From assembly GCA_024137785.1 (NCBI GenBank), contig JAHRHZ010000250.1, positions 580,943 to 644,942 on the forward strand: a stretch of 64,000 nucleotides of DNA, read 5' to 3'. This stretch comes from Ginglymostoma cirratum (taxonomy: Eukaryota). The position numbers and the translations under genes were made by a program. Positions 50,106-62,719 of the stretch are shown here, piece by piece; the stretch's first letter is position 1, and every line of letters starts with the position of its first letter. The notes below the pieces were generated by a model. That model worked only from the letters and a program-made list of their open reading frames with translations. It was not told the origin of the DNA and did no database searches.

Positions 50106-53100
50106 AAGTAGCCGACGTCCATACGCATACCTGTACAAAATCAAGACTTGCGCTGATAAGAAGCAAACAGGATTACACAATACAAACACCAGACAACATC
50201 CATTTCCTAAGAAAGACTATCTAATCAGATCACCTTTATTGGCATTCCAACACCTAACAATTTCATAATTAACGATTTGTATCATAGTATTGACTAGCAA
50301 CTGACTTGATCAAACTGTAAGGAGAATCAAGAGCAGACCAGGACCTAGGAATGCTGCAGCAATCAATTCACTCCACATTTTCCCTACAGCCCATCAAACA
50401 TCCACAGCGCACAAGTCAGCAACACAGTGAAATAGTGTCAACTTGGCTGGATGAGTGCTGCTGCAAAAAAGCTCCTAAAACTTTACGTTCCATCATAGAA
50501 AAAAAAAACAGCACACTTGATTAACGTCTTATTTTGCACTGCAGCGTTCAATCTCCTTAGGGAAGATAGTGCGAGGAGTTTTTTTTAATCCACTTTTTTT
50601 TTGCAATATGGACATCAGTGGAAGGTCAACATTTATTGCTCATCTCAATTACGCTTGAGAAGGATGTTCTGAGCTACGTTTGTGAATTGCTGAAATTATT
50701 TCGATGTGGGTAGCCCTGAGGTGACTTGAAGACGTGTGTCTGTGATTTGAACACCTTGTCACTGAAATTGAAATGATGCATTTCCAATCCTGGATTTTGA
50801 TCGTCTTGGAGGCGAACTTGCAGATTCTGGTATTCCCACGTAACTGTCGCCATTATCTGTAAAGATGAGAGTGGTCTCGGGTTTAGAAGAAGCTGTCTAA
50901 GGAGCCTTGGAAATTTCTGTAGTGCATCTTCTCGATGGTACACTCTGATGCCACTAAGCATGAGTGATAAATGAAATAAATGTCTATGAATATAAAGTCA
51001 ATAAAACCGCCTGCTTTGCCCAGGATGTCTTCAATCTTCTTTAGTCCTATTGGAGCTGTACTCACACAGGCAAGTGGGAAATGTTACATTGCACTTCTGA
51101 CATGCGTCCTTTGGATGGTAGACAGTCTGTGGGATGTCTGGAGTTGAGTTACTCACTTCAAGATCCCTGTCCTGCGACGTATTCTTATAGTCATCGTATT
51201 TATATGGTTGACCCCAGTCAATGGTTCCCCCGGTACTTTGACAGTGGGGGATACATAGACGGTAAAGCCTGTGAACATGAACGACAAATGACTAGATTGT
51301 CTTTTGGTGAAGCTCGCAAAGAGCGATTTGGATATAACATTTCGGGCTTAAAGGGCAAACGATATTGGGGGAAAAACAAGAACAGGATATTGAGTTGGAT
51401 GATCAGCAATGATTGTAATGAATGGCAGAGATCACTAAAATTGATGAAAACTTATTCATGCTTATCTTTTCTATATTTCTGTTGTCATTGTCTGGTTCTT
51501 GTATAGAGTTAGCCCGCTTGTGAGACCAAGCCCGCAAATTATCCATGTCTAATTGTATTTGGGCATGGACTATTTCACTATCTGTGACGTTCTGAAGGCG
51601 CTCAGGATAGTGTAACCATCAGTGCACATTTACACTTCTGAGCCTATGATGGAGGGGAAATCCTTAATGAAGAAGCTAAAGTTGGTTGGTTCTAGGACGA
51701 CACACTGAAGAGTTACTGCAGTGAAGTGCTAGAGGTGAGCTGTCACAAATATCCAACAGCCGCAACAATCTTTATTCGTTCCAGGGATGACTGAAACCAG
51801 CGGGCAGTTTCTCATTGCTTCCATCTGGTTGTACTTCTGCTCGCACTCCTTGATGTCACAATTGTTCAAGTGTGGCCTGGATGTCAACTGTTGTCACTCT
51901 CACCTCATCTCTGAATATCAGTATTTACCATTTACAAGATGTATTACACTGACTAAATATGACTTCTTCTACAAAAATTTTCAACTCATCACCTCTACGA
52001 CCAATAAATGCAAGGAAAGCAGATGTTTGAGACAAGCACCCCCTAAAGGATCCACTCGTAGCCAGGTAACTTCCTGACTAGTACCTTTATGTCCATTCCT
52101 TCACTTCCACTGTGTCGCAATGGCTGGAACTCCCTTATTCACAGCACAGTAGGTGTACATTTCCAAAGGCGGCAAAGTAGCAGGAGCCTGGATCTCGTCT
52201 GCTCTGTAAATTTTTTGTTTAATGATTCCACTTATAACAGGACCTTTACTTTTAATCACGTTGGTGGAAGACGTTTTCTGCTGGCACAGGACCATTGATT
52301 GATTTGGCTTCCAGCAGCCTGAAATGTCAGGATAGGCTTGGCACCTGGCAGAGCAGTCTACTTGTTTGGCGATCGCCAGGTGTGGCGGTGTTATCACACG
52401 AGCGGTGTCTTGGCCTTGCGTTGTCATTTTGTCCCAGCATTGAGGTCTTCCTCTGTGGTTTCCAGGTATTTCAGCAGCTAGGCATGAAGTCTCAGCACAG
52501 AGGTCTCATTTTAGTGAGGAGGTCTAGTCCTGGCATGGAACCCTCTTCTCAGCATGGCAGGGTGGCATTGGCCTGGCGTGGAGGTCTCAACTCGGTCCCG
52601 CGTGGCAGTTTTGGCCCAGCCTTGCAGCATACCCTGAATCCAAGAGCCATTAATTGAACTGTGGTGAACTTTACCTTTTTAAATTCTCATTTATGACTTC
52701 TGTCATTAGTTTAGGTCCCTCCACCAAATGCAAAAGTTCAAGGAGGCAGCTCACCATCGCTTTCTCAAGTATTTGTATGGGGCAATAAATGATAGCCTAA
52801 TCATTAACACCCACATCCAGTGAATGAATTCATGGAGTAAAAATGTTGTCGATGCAGTGGAGTTTGATGGCGCTGTGCTCCGTATGCAGTAATTTCAGAA
52901 ATTCTTCGTCACTCAGCACTTTGATCCCTTAGCGGGATAGTTAGAAAATTTTAGATACAAATTGCATTCCATAAACTGAACATAACATCTCGGCTGGTAC
53001 GACAGTTGAGTGTGGAAAGAATACTGTATTGTTGGAAATGTAGTTTTAGGAACAATGTTTTAAACTAAATTCTTGCATTTCCTTTCAGGTGGTCAAAATG

Positions 53101-54280
53101 TTCCCTCGGCGCTCTTTCAAAGAATAGGGGATATCCCAGTTAACGTTCACCCTTCAGCCTAGATAATTAAAACAACACAGATTAACTTTGTCTTATCTTC
53201 CTTCTGTTTCTGGAACTACCTTGATTGCCTCATTTCGTCAAATTATATTAGTAGCTTGATTTCAAATACTCGCCTAAAAGTTTATGCACCGCAGGGCTAA
53301 GAAATAGGCTGTAGAATTCGGACTCTTTTGTGATAGCGGCTGTCTCCCTGAAACCCTAGGTAAATGTCTTTTTTAAAGAAATACGTTCCTCCTTTAATTG
53401 TCATTATTATATTACATTGGGGTTTACTCTTGACGGAATGAAGTGCTTCATGCCAAAGGATTTCATTCCATAAAGGTGGCAGCCTTCGCCACTGACTTAT
53501 TGATCATTTTGGGAGAGGCTATATGTTTCCTTTAGTTTCTTTCATAGGGATTTGAGTTTTTTTGAAAACATTTAGCAGTCTGCCATTCACAGATCAGTAA
53601 GAACAGGACAGAATAGAAAGAAAAGAACTGTTATGTTTCTTGAAAACAAATGGATAAACATAGTCATTGGTTATGATAAATCTGAATGAGAGAAACCAGT
53701 ACAACTTTTGTTCAACTGAAACGCCTTTGGGAGGCTATATGAACAGATAATTATTAAATAAATAAATAAGTGCCAAAGAAACTATATCCGTCTGGTTACC
53801 TGAACTACAGCAAAGTGAGATCAGGTAAAAATGACCCAAAATCTGACGAAAAATGGCTCAAGTATTTGTGTTGGTGAAATGCGTTTTGAACATGGATCAC
53901 TGACTCAGTACTGAGGAAAGTGAGTTCCGTATCTTCGGGCTAAAGTTCATCTGAACAGTGCTGGGGTTAGTTTTCTAGTGAGTTGCATAGCTAAGACAGG
54001 TAAGAGCTTCAGGTGTGCGAACATTTCGTACACTAAGTCAATAAGATACGGCAAAAGAACAAGGTAACAATGAGAGTAATGGTGATCAGTATGGGTGATA
54101 GGGTGGGAACGAAAACTAAGCGTGCAGTAGCTGATCGCTCTAGAGATTAAAAAGTCGTGAAAAAAGGAGCAAAGTTTCTGTATCTGAATGCAGTTGTCAT
54201 GATCCTGGAGATGTGGAGGCTCAGTAGTAATATCACTGGACTCAAGTAACACAAGTCCATTCTACCATTTTTGGAACCAC

Positions 54281-54665
54281 TGCTGCAGAAAGTCAGCTGG
54301 TCTTGCAGCATCTGTGAGGAGAAAGAAAAGTTAGCATTTCTGGTCCACTGACCCTTCTTCAGAACGTTCTCACTCTGGATAAACTAATTCTGCATCCTGA
54401 TTTCTAATACTGAGGTCATCGTACCATCACATACTGATGTCACACGAAGTAACAGAAATACACTTTTTTTTGCCTAGCTTTCCGAGCTTTTTCAATACAT
54501 TGTTCTTGAATATCCAGGTCCAAATGTTGCCATCATGAAGGAGGGTAACTAGATCCGAAATTTTAAGTCTAATTTTTCTTAACAGATGCTGCCAGAGCTG
54601 CTGAGTTTCTGCAATATTTCCTGTTTTTGTGCAGGATTTACAGCATTTGCAGTTCGTTGTTTTAT
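54281..54665. mobile_element. Two decayed Penelope-type terminal repeats (54281-54365 on -, 54535-54665 on +)
   Basis: The minus strand of 54329-54365 reads gtt-CTGAAGA-a-GGGTC-agtg-GACCa-GAAAt-gct-aac. The second copy has the gatgctgccagagctgctgagtttc tail. Confidence 0.55.
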
Positions 54666-57600
54666 TCCACTATTTTGGATGTGGGTTCGAAATCCACCAG
54701 ATGTGGAAATCTGAATTCAATACGAGTACACATGTCGGATACCTAGCTGTTATAATGGTGATTGTTTCACCACTCTTGATTGTTTTAAAACTCTTTTGGT
54801 TCATTTATGCATTTCATGAAAGGAAACCTGCCATACCCATCTCACCTGTTCTGGCCTCCACGTGACTCCAGGCTCTTAACTGTCTGGTAGGAAATTAAAA
54901 AAAAAAATAATAAATGATGAGCGACCTCGTGACAGTGATACCTTGTGAATGAATAAATGAATCAATAATAATAATAATAATAACAACAACAACAAACTTT
55001 TAACAAAGCAGATGAATTGACAGTGCAGACCTGAATGGTCCGAGAACCATCACTGAGGGGGCGTTGCAAGATAGAAAATTTAGGACATGGACGTTCAAAA
55101 GTACAATATGTTTAAGAAGTACAGAAAGCTGGGTGAGGAATGAAATGTATTTCCGTTAATTAGAATGACATTAGTATACTAAGACGTGATTATGCCTATA
55201 CTTAAGATCAAGTTGTAGAATTTGTTTGTGTAGAAGTGAGAAATAACAAAGATTAAAAGTAACTTTTTACTGGTTTATAAACCTTCTAGCTTAACGACTC
55301 TGTAACCCAGAGGTATAAGAGAACACATAATATGGATTTGCAGGTGAAGCACGCCAATAATCATGGAAGATTTTTGTTTACCTGCAGGGTTCGATTAATC
55401 AGCTTTGCAACAGTAGCTTTGGTGATCAGTTAGTAGAGTTCTTCAGGTACCTTTCGAAGAGAAGCACTTCATACACCCAAGCAGACAACAGGCAATATTT
55501 CGGGTCTTGGTATGAATTTGTCAGCAATTAGCGTAAGAGACGTTTGAAGACCAAATTAAAGCTCAATATTACAGATCCCAAAATCTGGACAAGCTCAAAC
55601 ATCAGGCCTGATATAAAGGTTTCAAGGAGCAGGAGACATCATATTATTTGATATTATCATGCAAGTGAGAACGGATGAACATTATTTATTTTTAGTTTGG
55701 AAAAACTAAGAAGATAACAGCTCATACACATCTCTTTTCCAGTAACACGTGGTTATTTCATTTTGAACAATTCTTATTCTGGCAAGGAAGTTCAATGGAT
55801 TTCCGCGAATGCATTTGCCCTAAAAATCAAAAACTGTTACAATGAAAGTCTTAAAAAATTTATTTTGTCCAAGCTGCAAATTACCCCAATTGAGAAAACT
55901 CAGTTTGGCAGAAAACTATTGTCAGAAGATGTGTTTATTGATATTTGGTGTATGCACTTCAATTAAGTAAGATACGTCATCAGTCCAGTGTTTAGCCAAA
56001 ATGATGACTAAGTTGCGCAGCATAAATATCTGAAGTTAACGAGAGGCATTGGGAAAACACAACTCAATTCACATTACTAAATTATGACAAATAGACAGTA
56101 AGAGCTTTGAAGTCTTGGGGGTGTTGTTTTCCACCGGAAATCCTTTGTCATCCATGCAAAAGTAGATTTTCATGGCTTTGAAATGAACTACTCTTGTTCG
56201 CAAATACTGTACAAGATACTTAGGGGTATTAATGCGTGCATGCTACAGCGTTACTCTGTAAACTGTCGACGAATTAGCAGTGTTGTGTTGCTTTGGATGT
56301 TTTCTCTCCAAATAAATGGTAACTCAATAGTTAAAGTGTTACCTTAGTATTCTGGAATCATTTTGTTGTTACCTTGGCAATGAATCAACCTGGTGTCTCA
56401 GGCACTCCAAAATTTGTGATATGTAGGTTGTTAAAGTCGATAAGATTTACAATCCACGTTTTTGTAACAAGTCGATGGTGTTAGAGCATCTACAACGTAT
56501 TTTGTCAGAATCATTGCTCTTCCACCAATTCAGATTAAGTCAAGTATTCTTTTGTTTAGGAAGCATAATGGGAAGCCTTCTTTGTATTGTTGAGAAAAGG
56601 CAATTTAATAATAAACACAGAAAATGCTGAAAATGCTCAGTATCTGTGGAAATAGAGTCGTAGCGAATGTTTCAGGTCGACTAGCTGTCACTGAAAATGA
56701 TTCAAGACACGTTTCAGTGATGAGCTGAAACAAAACTGGACAATGTTCGAAATGCACCAGTTTGTAAGGCAATTGCTTATATGTTGTGGAATTAATTGAT
56801 ATGCAATTTAAGTCAAGGATGAGCTGAATTTGATTCAATCAGATATTCTAAAGAACTACTGTGTTGAGCTCGCTTGTGGCTCATTGGTAGTGTCCCTACA
56901 CCAGGGCCAAGAGGCCCACCCTTAAGTCCCACGTGCTCCAGAGGTCTACAAAAACATGTCGAACAGTCTGGTTGGAAAAGCAGGTTAATTTTTTTAAAAA
57001 AAATTTTCCCTACAGCGTGGGATTCGCTATTAACACAGTGGTAGCGTCTTCACCCCTGGACCGGGTCAACCCGCGTTCAAGCCCAACCTATGCCATAGAT
57101 GAGTGCGAACATTTATGAACGGGTTGATTACAAAGATATGTTAAATAATTAAAAACAATTTATAAAGAACGACCGTGATGGCCTCAACCTAAATACAAAT
57201 TAACGTGCACACTCGCTAAAGGTCATCAAAGTCAAAAATTAATGAACGAATCCTTACATGCAATTTGATGACCGAAAGTTCAGTGAATTGGCGGTGGGAA
57301 AAATCTAATCTCCATATGTTTATTTCACGTTAACCGAAAACAATACCATTTGTTTTCAAAGGTTGTTTACATTTGAAAATGTAAACCATTTTGCAAACTT
57401 ACTTTTGAACAATGAACATTTAATAAACTGTTTATTCAATATTAATTGCGCAAAAAATAATGCTGCATAAACTGATTTGATTTAAAAATAAAATAAAAAT
57501 GACTGAACACAAATTTTAACACTGTGCACATGAATTTGTGGCAACGTAAAATTGACCATTCGTGACACCACAAATGTATTTCTGGAAACGTATTTTTTTT

Positions 57601-57748
57601 TACCGTAAGTCATATATTAGCTTAATCTGAAGAATGATCGCACAGTAAACCCAAATTTGCACATTTGCTTGCCTCAAGATTTTGATTGTACACTTTTAAT
57701 TATACAGATGTTTGACATAGTGCAGCTTTAAGATCAGTTGTTGCAGTT

Positions 57749-57786
57749 ATTGGTTGGGACACTTTGTGTCGCTGTCTGCCAATAAG
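57749..57786 (+). promoter_or_regulatory. Pcdh CSE-like promoter motif
   Basis: attggttgggacactttgtgtcgctgtctgccaataag, one mismatch to 24249-24286. Confidence 0.8.
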
Positions 57787-58008
57787 GAGCTGAAACACTG
57801 GTCGAGATCTACCCACCTCCTCTCGCAGGGATTGAAGGAGAGGATTGCCAATGTCAGGGACAGACTGTCGCCGCGTTAATGCTGAAAGGACGTGTTCCGA
57901 AGAAAATTCCCGTCTCTCGCGTCAGTATTAGAAACTAAATGTGAGTTTGCGCATTTTATCCGAGGCGACAGAGGTAACTAAGAGTTTTTTAAAAATCAAC
58001 AAAGAGCA

Positions 58009-60414
58009 ATGGCGAACATATTCGGTAGCGGGGCGTCTTTCATTTTTCTGCACAGTGTATTGGTCCTCGTTTTGGGGCAAATTCGCTATTCGATTCGCGA
58101 AGAGTTAGAGTATGGGGCCTTTGTTGGGAATATCGCGGAGGATTTGAGGCTAAACGTTCGGGAATTGTCGGGCCGCAAATTTCGACTCGTCTTTGACAGC
58201 AGAAAGCAATACATGGAGGTAAATTTGAAAAATGGATTTTTATTTGTTAATGCAAGAATCGACAGAGAACAGCTTTGCAGTAAAAGCTCTGCCTGCTTCC
58301 TTTCGTTTCAAATAATGCTCGAAAACCCTGTGGAAATGCATCGCGTTTCAGTGGAAATCCTGGACATAAATGATAACGCACCTAGTTTTTCAAAGGACGA
58401 ATATGATTTATGGATTATTGAGGCCACAGCACCAGGAACGCGATTTCCTCTTGAGAGCGCCCACGATTCGGACGTAGGCACGAATGCGATTAGCGGTTAC
58501 CAGGTTAGTGTAAACGAACATTTTGGCTTAAAATTTCAGACCAGAAATGATGCGAGTACAAGTGCCGAACTGTTATTAGAAAAGCCTTTAGACCGTGAAC
58601 AACAGTCAACTTTTGACCTTGTGCTTACTGCCGTTGACGGTGGGATTCCTCACAGATCCGGCACTGCTCGGATTCGAATTTATATCATGGACGTGAATGA
58701 CAACGCGCCGGTGTTTGATCATGAAATATACAGGGCCAAAGTTGAAGAAAACACCCCGAAAGGTACTCTAGTAATAAAAGTCAATGCTGTTGATGCGGAT
58801 GAAGGCACAAATGCTGAGCTAACATATTCTTTCACGAGTCACGCTTCGCAAAAGACTCGTGAGGTTTTCAAATTAGACCCAACAACCGGAGAAATCAGAG
58901 TTGAAGGAGCACTAGATTTTGAAGAATTGGCTATGTATGAGCTTGATGTAGAAGCTGCGGATAAAGGCCCCTATTCAATGGTAGGACGTGCTAAAGTTAT
59001 CGTCGGATTAATCGATACGAATGACAATGCCCCTGAGATTGAGGTGACGTCATTATCTAGTACAGTACCGGAAGATGCTGTGCCTGGGACCAGGATAGCT
59101 ACGATCAGTGTAAAGGATGCTGACTCCAATGAAAACGGACAAACACAGTGTGATGTTGAAATGGATGTGCCATTTCAATTACAGACGACTGTAAGGAGCA
59201 GCTATAATTTGGTCACGAGCAGCGTTTTGGATCGGGAAACAACCCCAACATACAATATATCAATTTCAGCTCGTGACAAAGGATCTCCGCCTCTAGCCAC
59301 AAGGAAGGTTCTAATTGTGTCAGTTTCTGATGTAAACGACAATGCGCCAAGATTTACACAATCCACGTACAACGTGTTTGTAATGGAAAACAATAGCCCT
59401 GGCGCTTCTTTGTTTGCTGTCACTGCTTCGGATCTAGATTTGAATCAGAATGGAGAAGTGTCCTATATCATCTTGGAAAAGCAAATAAAACATGGATCTG
59501 CCTCTCCTTATATTACGATTGACTCGAAGAGTGGAAATATTAATGCTATACTTCCATTCGACTATGAAAAGCTGAAGAGCTTTCAGTTCAAAGTTCAAGC
59601 TCGGGATGGTGGAACTCCCTCCTTGAGCAGTACTGCCATTGTGGAAGTTATTATTCTGGATCAAAATGACAATGCTCCACTTATTATTTCGCCTTCAGCG
59701 TGGAATGTTTCGTCAGCTGTGAAGATTCTGGGTCAATCGCTATACCCGGGGAATTTGGTCACCAGGGTAATCGCAACCGATGCGGATTCAGGGCAGAACA
59801 TGCGGCTTTCCTTCAAAATTCTTGAAGCCACTGATCCCAGTCTCCTCAGTGTCGGCCTTCTCACTGGAGAAATAAAAGCAGTCCGACGTTTTCAGAACTA
59901 CGACTCCACAGTACAAAGAGTAGTTATCTTGGCGCAGGATAATGGACAGCCCATTCTCTCCAGCACGTCTACAATCTACTTTTCAATCATACCCAATGAC
60001 ACAGAAAAGGTCTCTGTGCATAGTCACCAAACCAGAAATTCAGAACATTTTTCGGATCTGAATGTTTATTTAATCATCTTGTTTGGTTCCACATCTTTTA
60101 TATTTCTTGTAATCATAATTTTCCTGGTGGCGCTGAGGTGCAAACAAGCCAGGAATTCAAATTATTATGAGTCCACAAATTATTGTTGCTGTAGGCGGAG
60201 GGAGTCGAATGCTGCTTTTAGTCGGAGAGCTGTCCCGAAAGAATTGCTTAGTTACCCTGCTGGACTTCAGACGCTCCCCATTTCTGAAGGGAATCAGTAC
60301 ACTGTCTGTTTATCTCCAGAATCTTCCAAAAGTGATTTCTTATTCTTGAAGCGTTGCGAAGTAACTTTCCCTCTTAATAATTTGAATGTTCATGGCAGCA
60401 GTGTCGGAAAATAA
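58009..60414 (+). CDS. Clustered protocadherin, type B copy 2 (801 aa)
   Basis: Same architecture as 24508-26913, with about 31 amino-acid differences counted by eye. Confidence 0.95.
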   Translation: MANIFGSGASFIFLHSVLVLVLGQIRYSIREELEYGAFVGNIAEDLRLNVRELSGRKFRLVFDSRKQYMEVNLKNGFLFVNARIDREQLCSKSSACFLSFQIMLENPVEMHRVSVEILDINDNAPSFSKDEYDLWIIEATAPGTRFPLESAHDSDVGTNAISGYQVSVNEHFGLKFQTRNDASTSAELLLEKPLDREQQSTFDLVLTAVDGGIPHRSGTARIRIYIMDVNDNAPVFDHEIYRAKVEENTPKGTLVIKVNAVDADEGTNAELTYSFTSHASQKTREVFKLDPTTGEIRVEGALDFEELAMYELDVEAADKGPYSMVGRAKVIVGLIDTNDNAPEIEVTSLSSTVPEDAVPGTRIATISVKDADSNENGQTQCDVEMDVPFQLQTTVRSSYNLVTSSVLDRETTPTYNISISARDKGSPPLATRKVLIVSVSDVNDNAPRFTQSTYNVFVMENNSPGASLFAVTASDLDLNQNGEVSYIILEKQIKHGSASPYITIDSKSGNINAILPFDYEKLKSFQFKVQARDGGTPSLSSTAIVEVIILDQNDNAPLIISPSAWNVSSAVKILGQSLYPGNLVTRVIATDADSGQNMRLSFKILEATDPSLLSVGLLTGEIKAVRRFQNYDSTVQRVVILAQDNGQPILSSTSTIYFSIIPNDTEKVSVHSHQTRNSEHFSDLNVYLIILFGSTSFIFLVIIIFLVALRCKQARNSNYYESTNYCCCRRRESNAAFSRRAVPKELLSYPAGLQTLPISEGNQYTVCLSPESSKSDFLFLKRCEVTFPLNNLNVHGSSVGK

Positions 60415-61476
60415 TAATTTTCAACTGAAAATATTTCGTAACGATTTATTGGTGACTGGAGTTTACCTATCGTTCATGACATTTAATGCACGTATCCACA
60501 TTACCATGGCTCAAATTTGTACAGATATTAATCATGATGCCTATTTGGTTGATATGAATGTTGTGAATGGCTTCTGAAGAGCATGTTGTATTGACGCTAG
60601 AGTACAAAGCTCACGACTGTAACTACTGATTGTCATTATTTTGTCAAATCTAAATATTTGGAGTCGATATTCCCGTGTTCACTTGAAATGTAGCCGATGA
60701 CGTCTCTAAAATCTTTCTCTTCATTATTTCCCCTGAAAATTAGATTTTAGTTAAGAATTTCTGCAGCAGTTAGACATTTTAAAATAAGCAGCTCTTGCAT
60801 AATATCGTCAGATTTTATTCCCTGATAAGGTTCATTGATATTAAAAGGAATAAATTTAGCTGGAAACAGAGATCAGATGAATGTTCTTTTGCTTATCATT
60901 TCGACTATACCATAAAGTTCTGGTCATTTTGGCAAGTCAATTTTTAAACAAGGCATTTTCAGATCAGGTCATCATGGAATATCAGAATTTTTTTCATCTA
61001 CAAAGATTGTCTTTTCATTCAAAATTTCGTTAAGCATAACATTCTTTATATGGTCATTGTGAAGGAAGATATTTTAAAATATTCCAATGGTACTTCAGTT
61101 TAGGAAAGAACTGCAGTGTCCTTGGCAATACTGGATCAGCAGGTTTTAATCAATTGTAAACATGAGTGTAGAAACTCTATTCGTGAACAGTAATAGATTA
61201 GAAATTAATGCTGTAAAATCTAATTCAAAACCGTACATTTCCAATTGTAAACCTGGCCAAAGAAGTCTGTTTAATCATAGTCTCCAACTTGAGACTAACT
61301 ATCCTGAACAATTACAATCCAACTGTAAAATTTGTGAATGCTCGTTCTTTCTGACAATCAAATTTATTGTCATTTAGGTCGTTGTACCTTGGCATTTTGG
61401 AGATGCAGCTGTTCAAAGGAGTGTTTTGGAATTTTGTCCCATTATCAATAAATCTGACTTGTAGCATGAATTATGC

Positions 61477-61808
61477 TTTTTTTTTATTCATTCACGGGAT
61501 GAGGGTGCTGCTGACTAGGCAATATTTATTACCCAGGGTCAATTAGATTACTGTGGGGCTGGAGTCACGTTTAAGCCAGATCAAGTAAGGATGGCAGTTC
61601 CTTTCCCTGAAGGATATTGGTGAACCAGTTGGGTTTTTCCTGACAAACTGCAATGGATTCATGGTTACCATCTGATTCTTAACTCCAAATATTTATTGAA
61701 TTCCAGTTCTACCATGCACCATGGCAGGATTCGAACCCGGGTCCCAGAACATTATCTGCGTTTCTGGATTAACAATCCAGCGGTAATACACCGAGGCCGT
61801 CGCTCCCC
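61477..61808 (-). mobile_element. Complete tRNA-derived SINE
   Basis: Minus strand: A-box-like head, B box gggttcgaatcc (61727-61738), core and A-tail. Absent at the paralogous site (about 28448). Confidence 0.85.
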
Positions 61809-62719
61809 AACCCTCCAGCGCTCAAGCTGCTAATTTAGATAGAAAAGAAGCAATGGAATCAGGGAAAAGAACGTTTCATTGTGGCCTTGAAATTTTTCGA
61901 ACGCTCATACACCGCCAAAAATAGGAATTTGGAAGCCATGATGGGCAAGCAAATTGTATTATTTTAGAATTATAACTGAAAAGAAGACATAGTAACTGAC
62001 GAACGTTTGAATAATGAAGGCAAGCTCGCATACGTGAAACTTATGTTGAGGCATAAATGTTATCTTAAGGTGATCAAGATAAAAATACCTCAGAACTTAA
62101 CAAATAAAATACTCTTCCATATATTTTGAATTGCCTAATAATCTCCTAATAGCCCAAATGGTCATGCGATCCTTTTAGATTGTGTTGATTTTAACTTTTC
62201 TTGACAGAGGTTCAACTTTGGCGAGAGAAGCAGATTTAATGAGGACACTCTAATAGGTAATTGTCATCACCTTCGTGAACAACTGAGGTGAGGATCTGCG
62301 ATTGGCAGACAGCCCCACCTTGTGTAGTAAGCATGTAAGGAACACGAGATAGGAAGTTAGCATCACCTCGAAGAACGTTCAAGGTGAGCACCTAGCAATT
62401 GGCTGTAGGTATCACCAAGAGGAGTGGGCGAGGAGAGTGCCTGTGACAGACTGTCGGCAACACCTGCAGGAATTGGCAGGTTGGGCAGCCTGAGATGTTT
62501 AGGTCGAAATCGATTCACTGTAGCTAACTGTTCTTGGTCTTCTGCAAATAGAGCATCTAGCTGTTTGTTGAGTCTCTGTGAGTCGTCACATTATTTCTAT
62601 CCCTAACGTTTATCCTAGTATAAAAGTTGCTGGTGAAGATAATGTTAATAACATACCTAAAGCAACATCAGCTAGTGATTAATTATATAATTAATTGAAA
62701 GTGTTAATGATGGAAGGGA

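Noticed and set aside
61700-61808. tRNA gene (also 11069-11152, 22690-22750, 39815-39900)
   Set aside because: tRNA-like heads attached to SINE/LINE bodies, with no complete cloverleaf.
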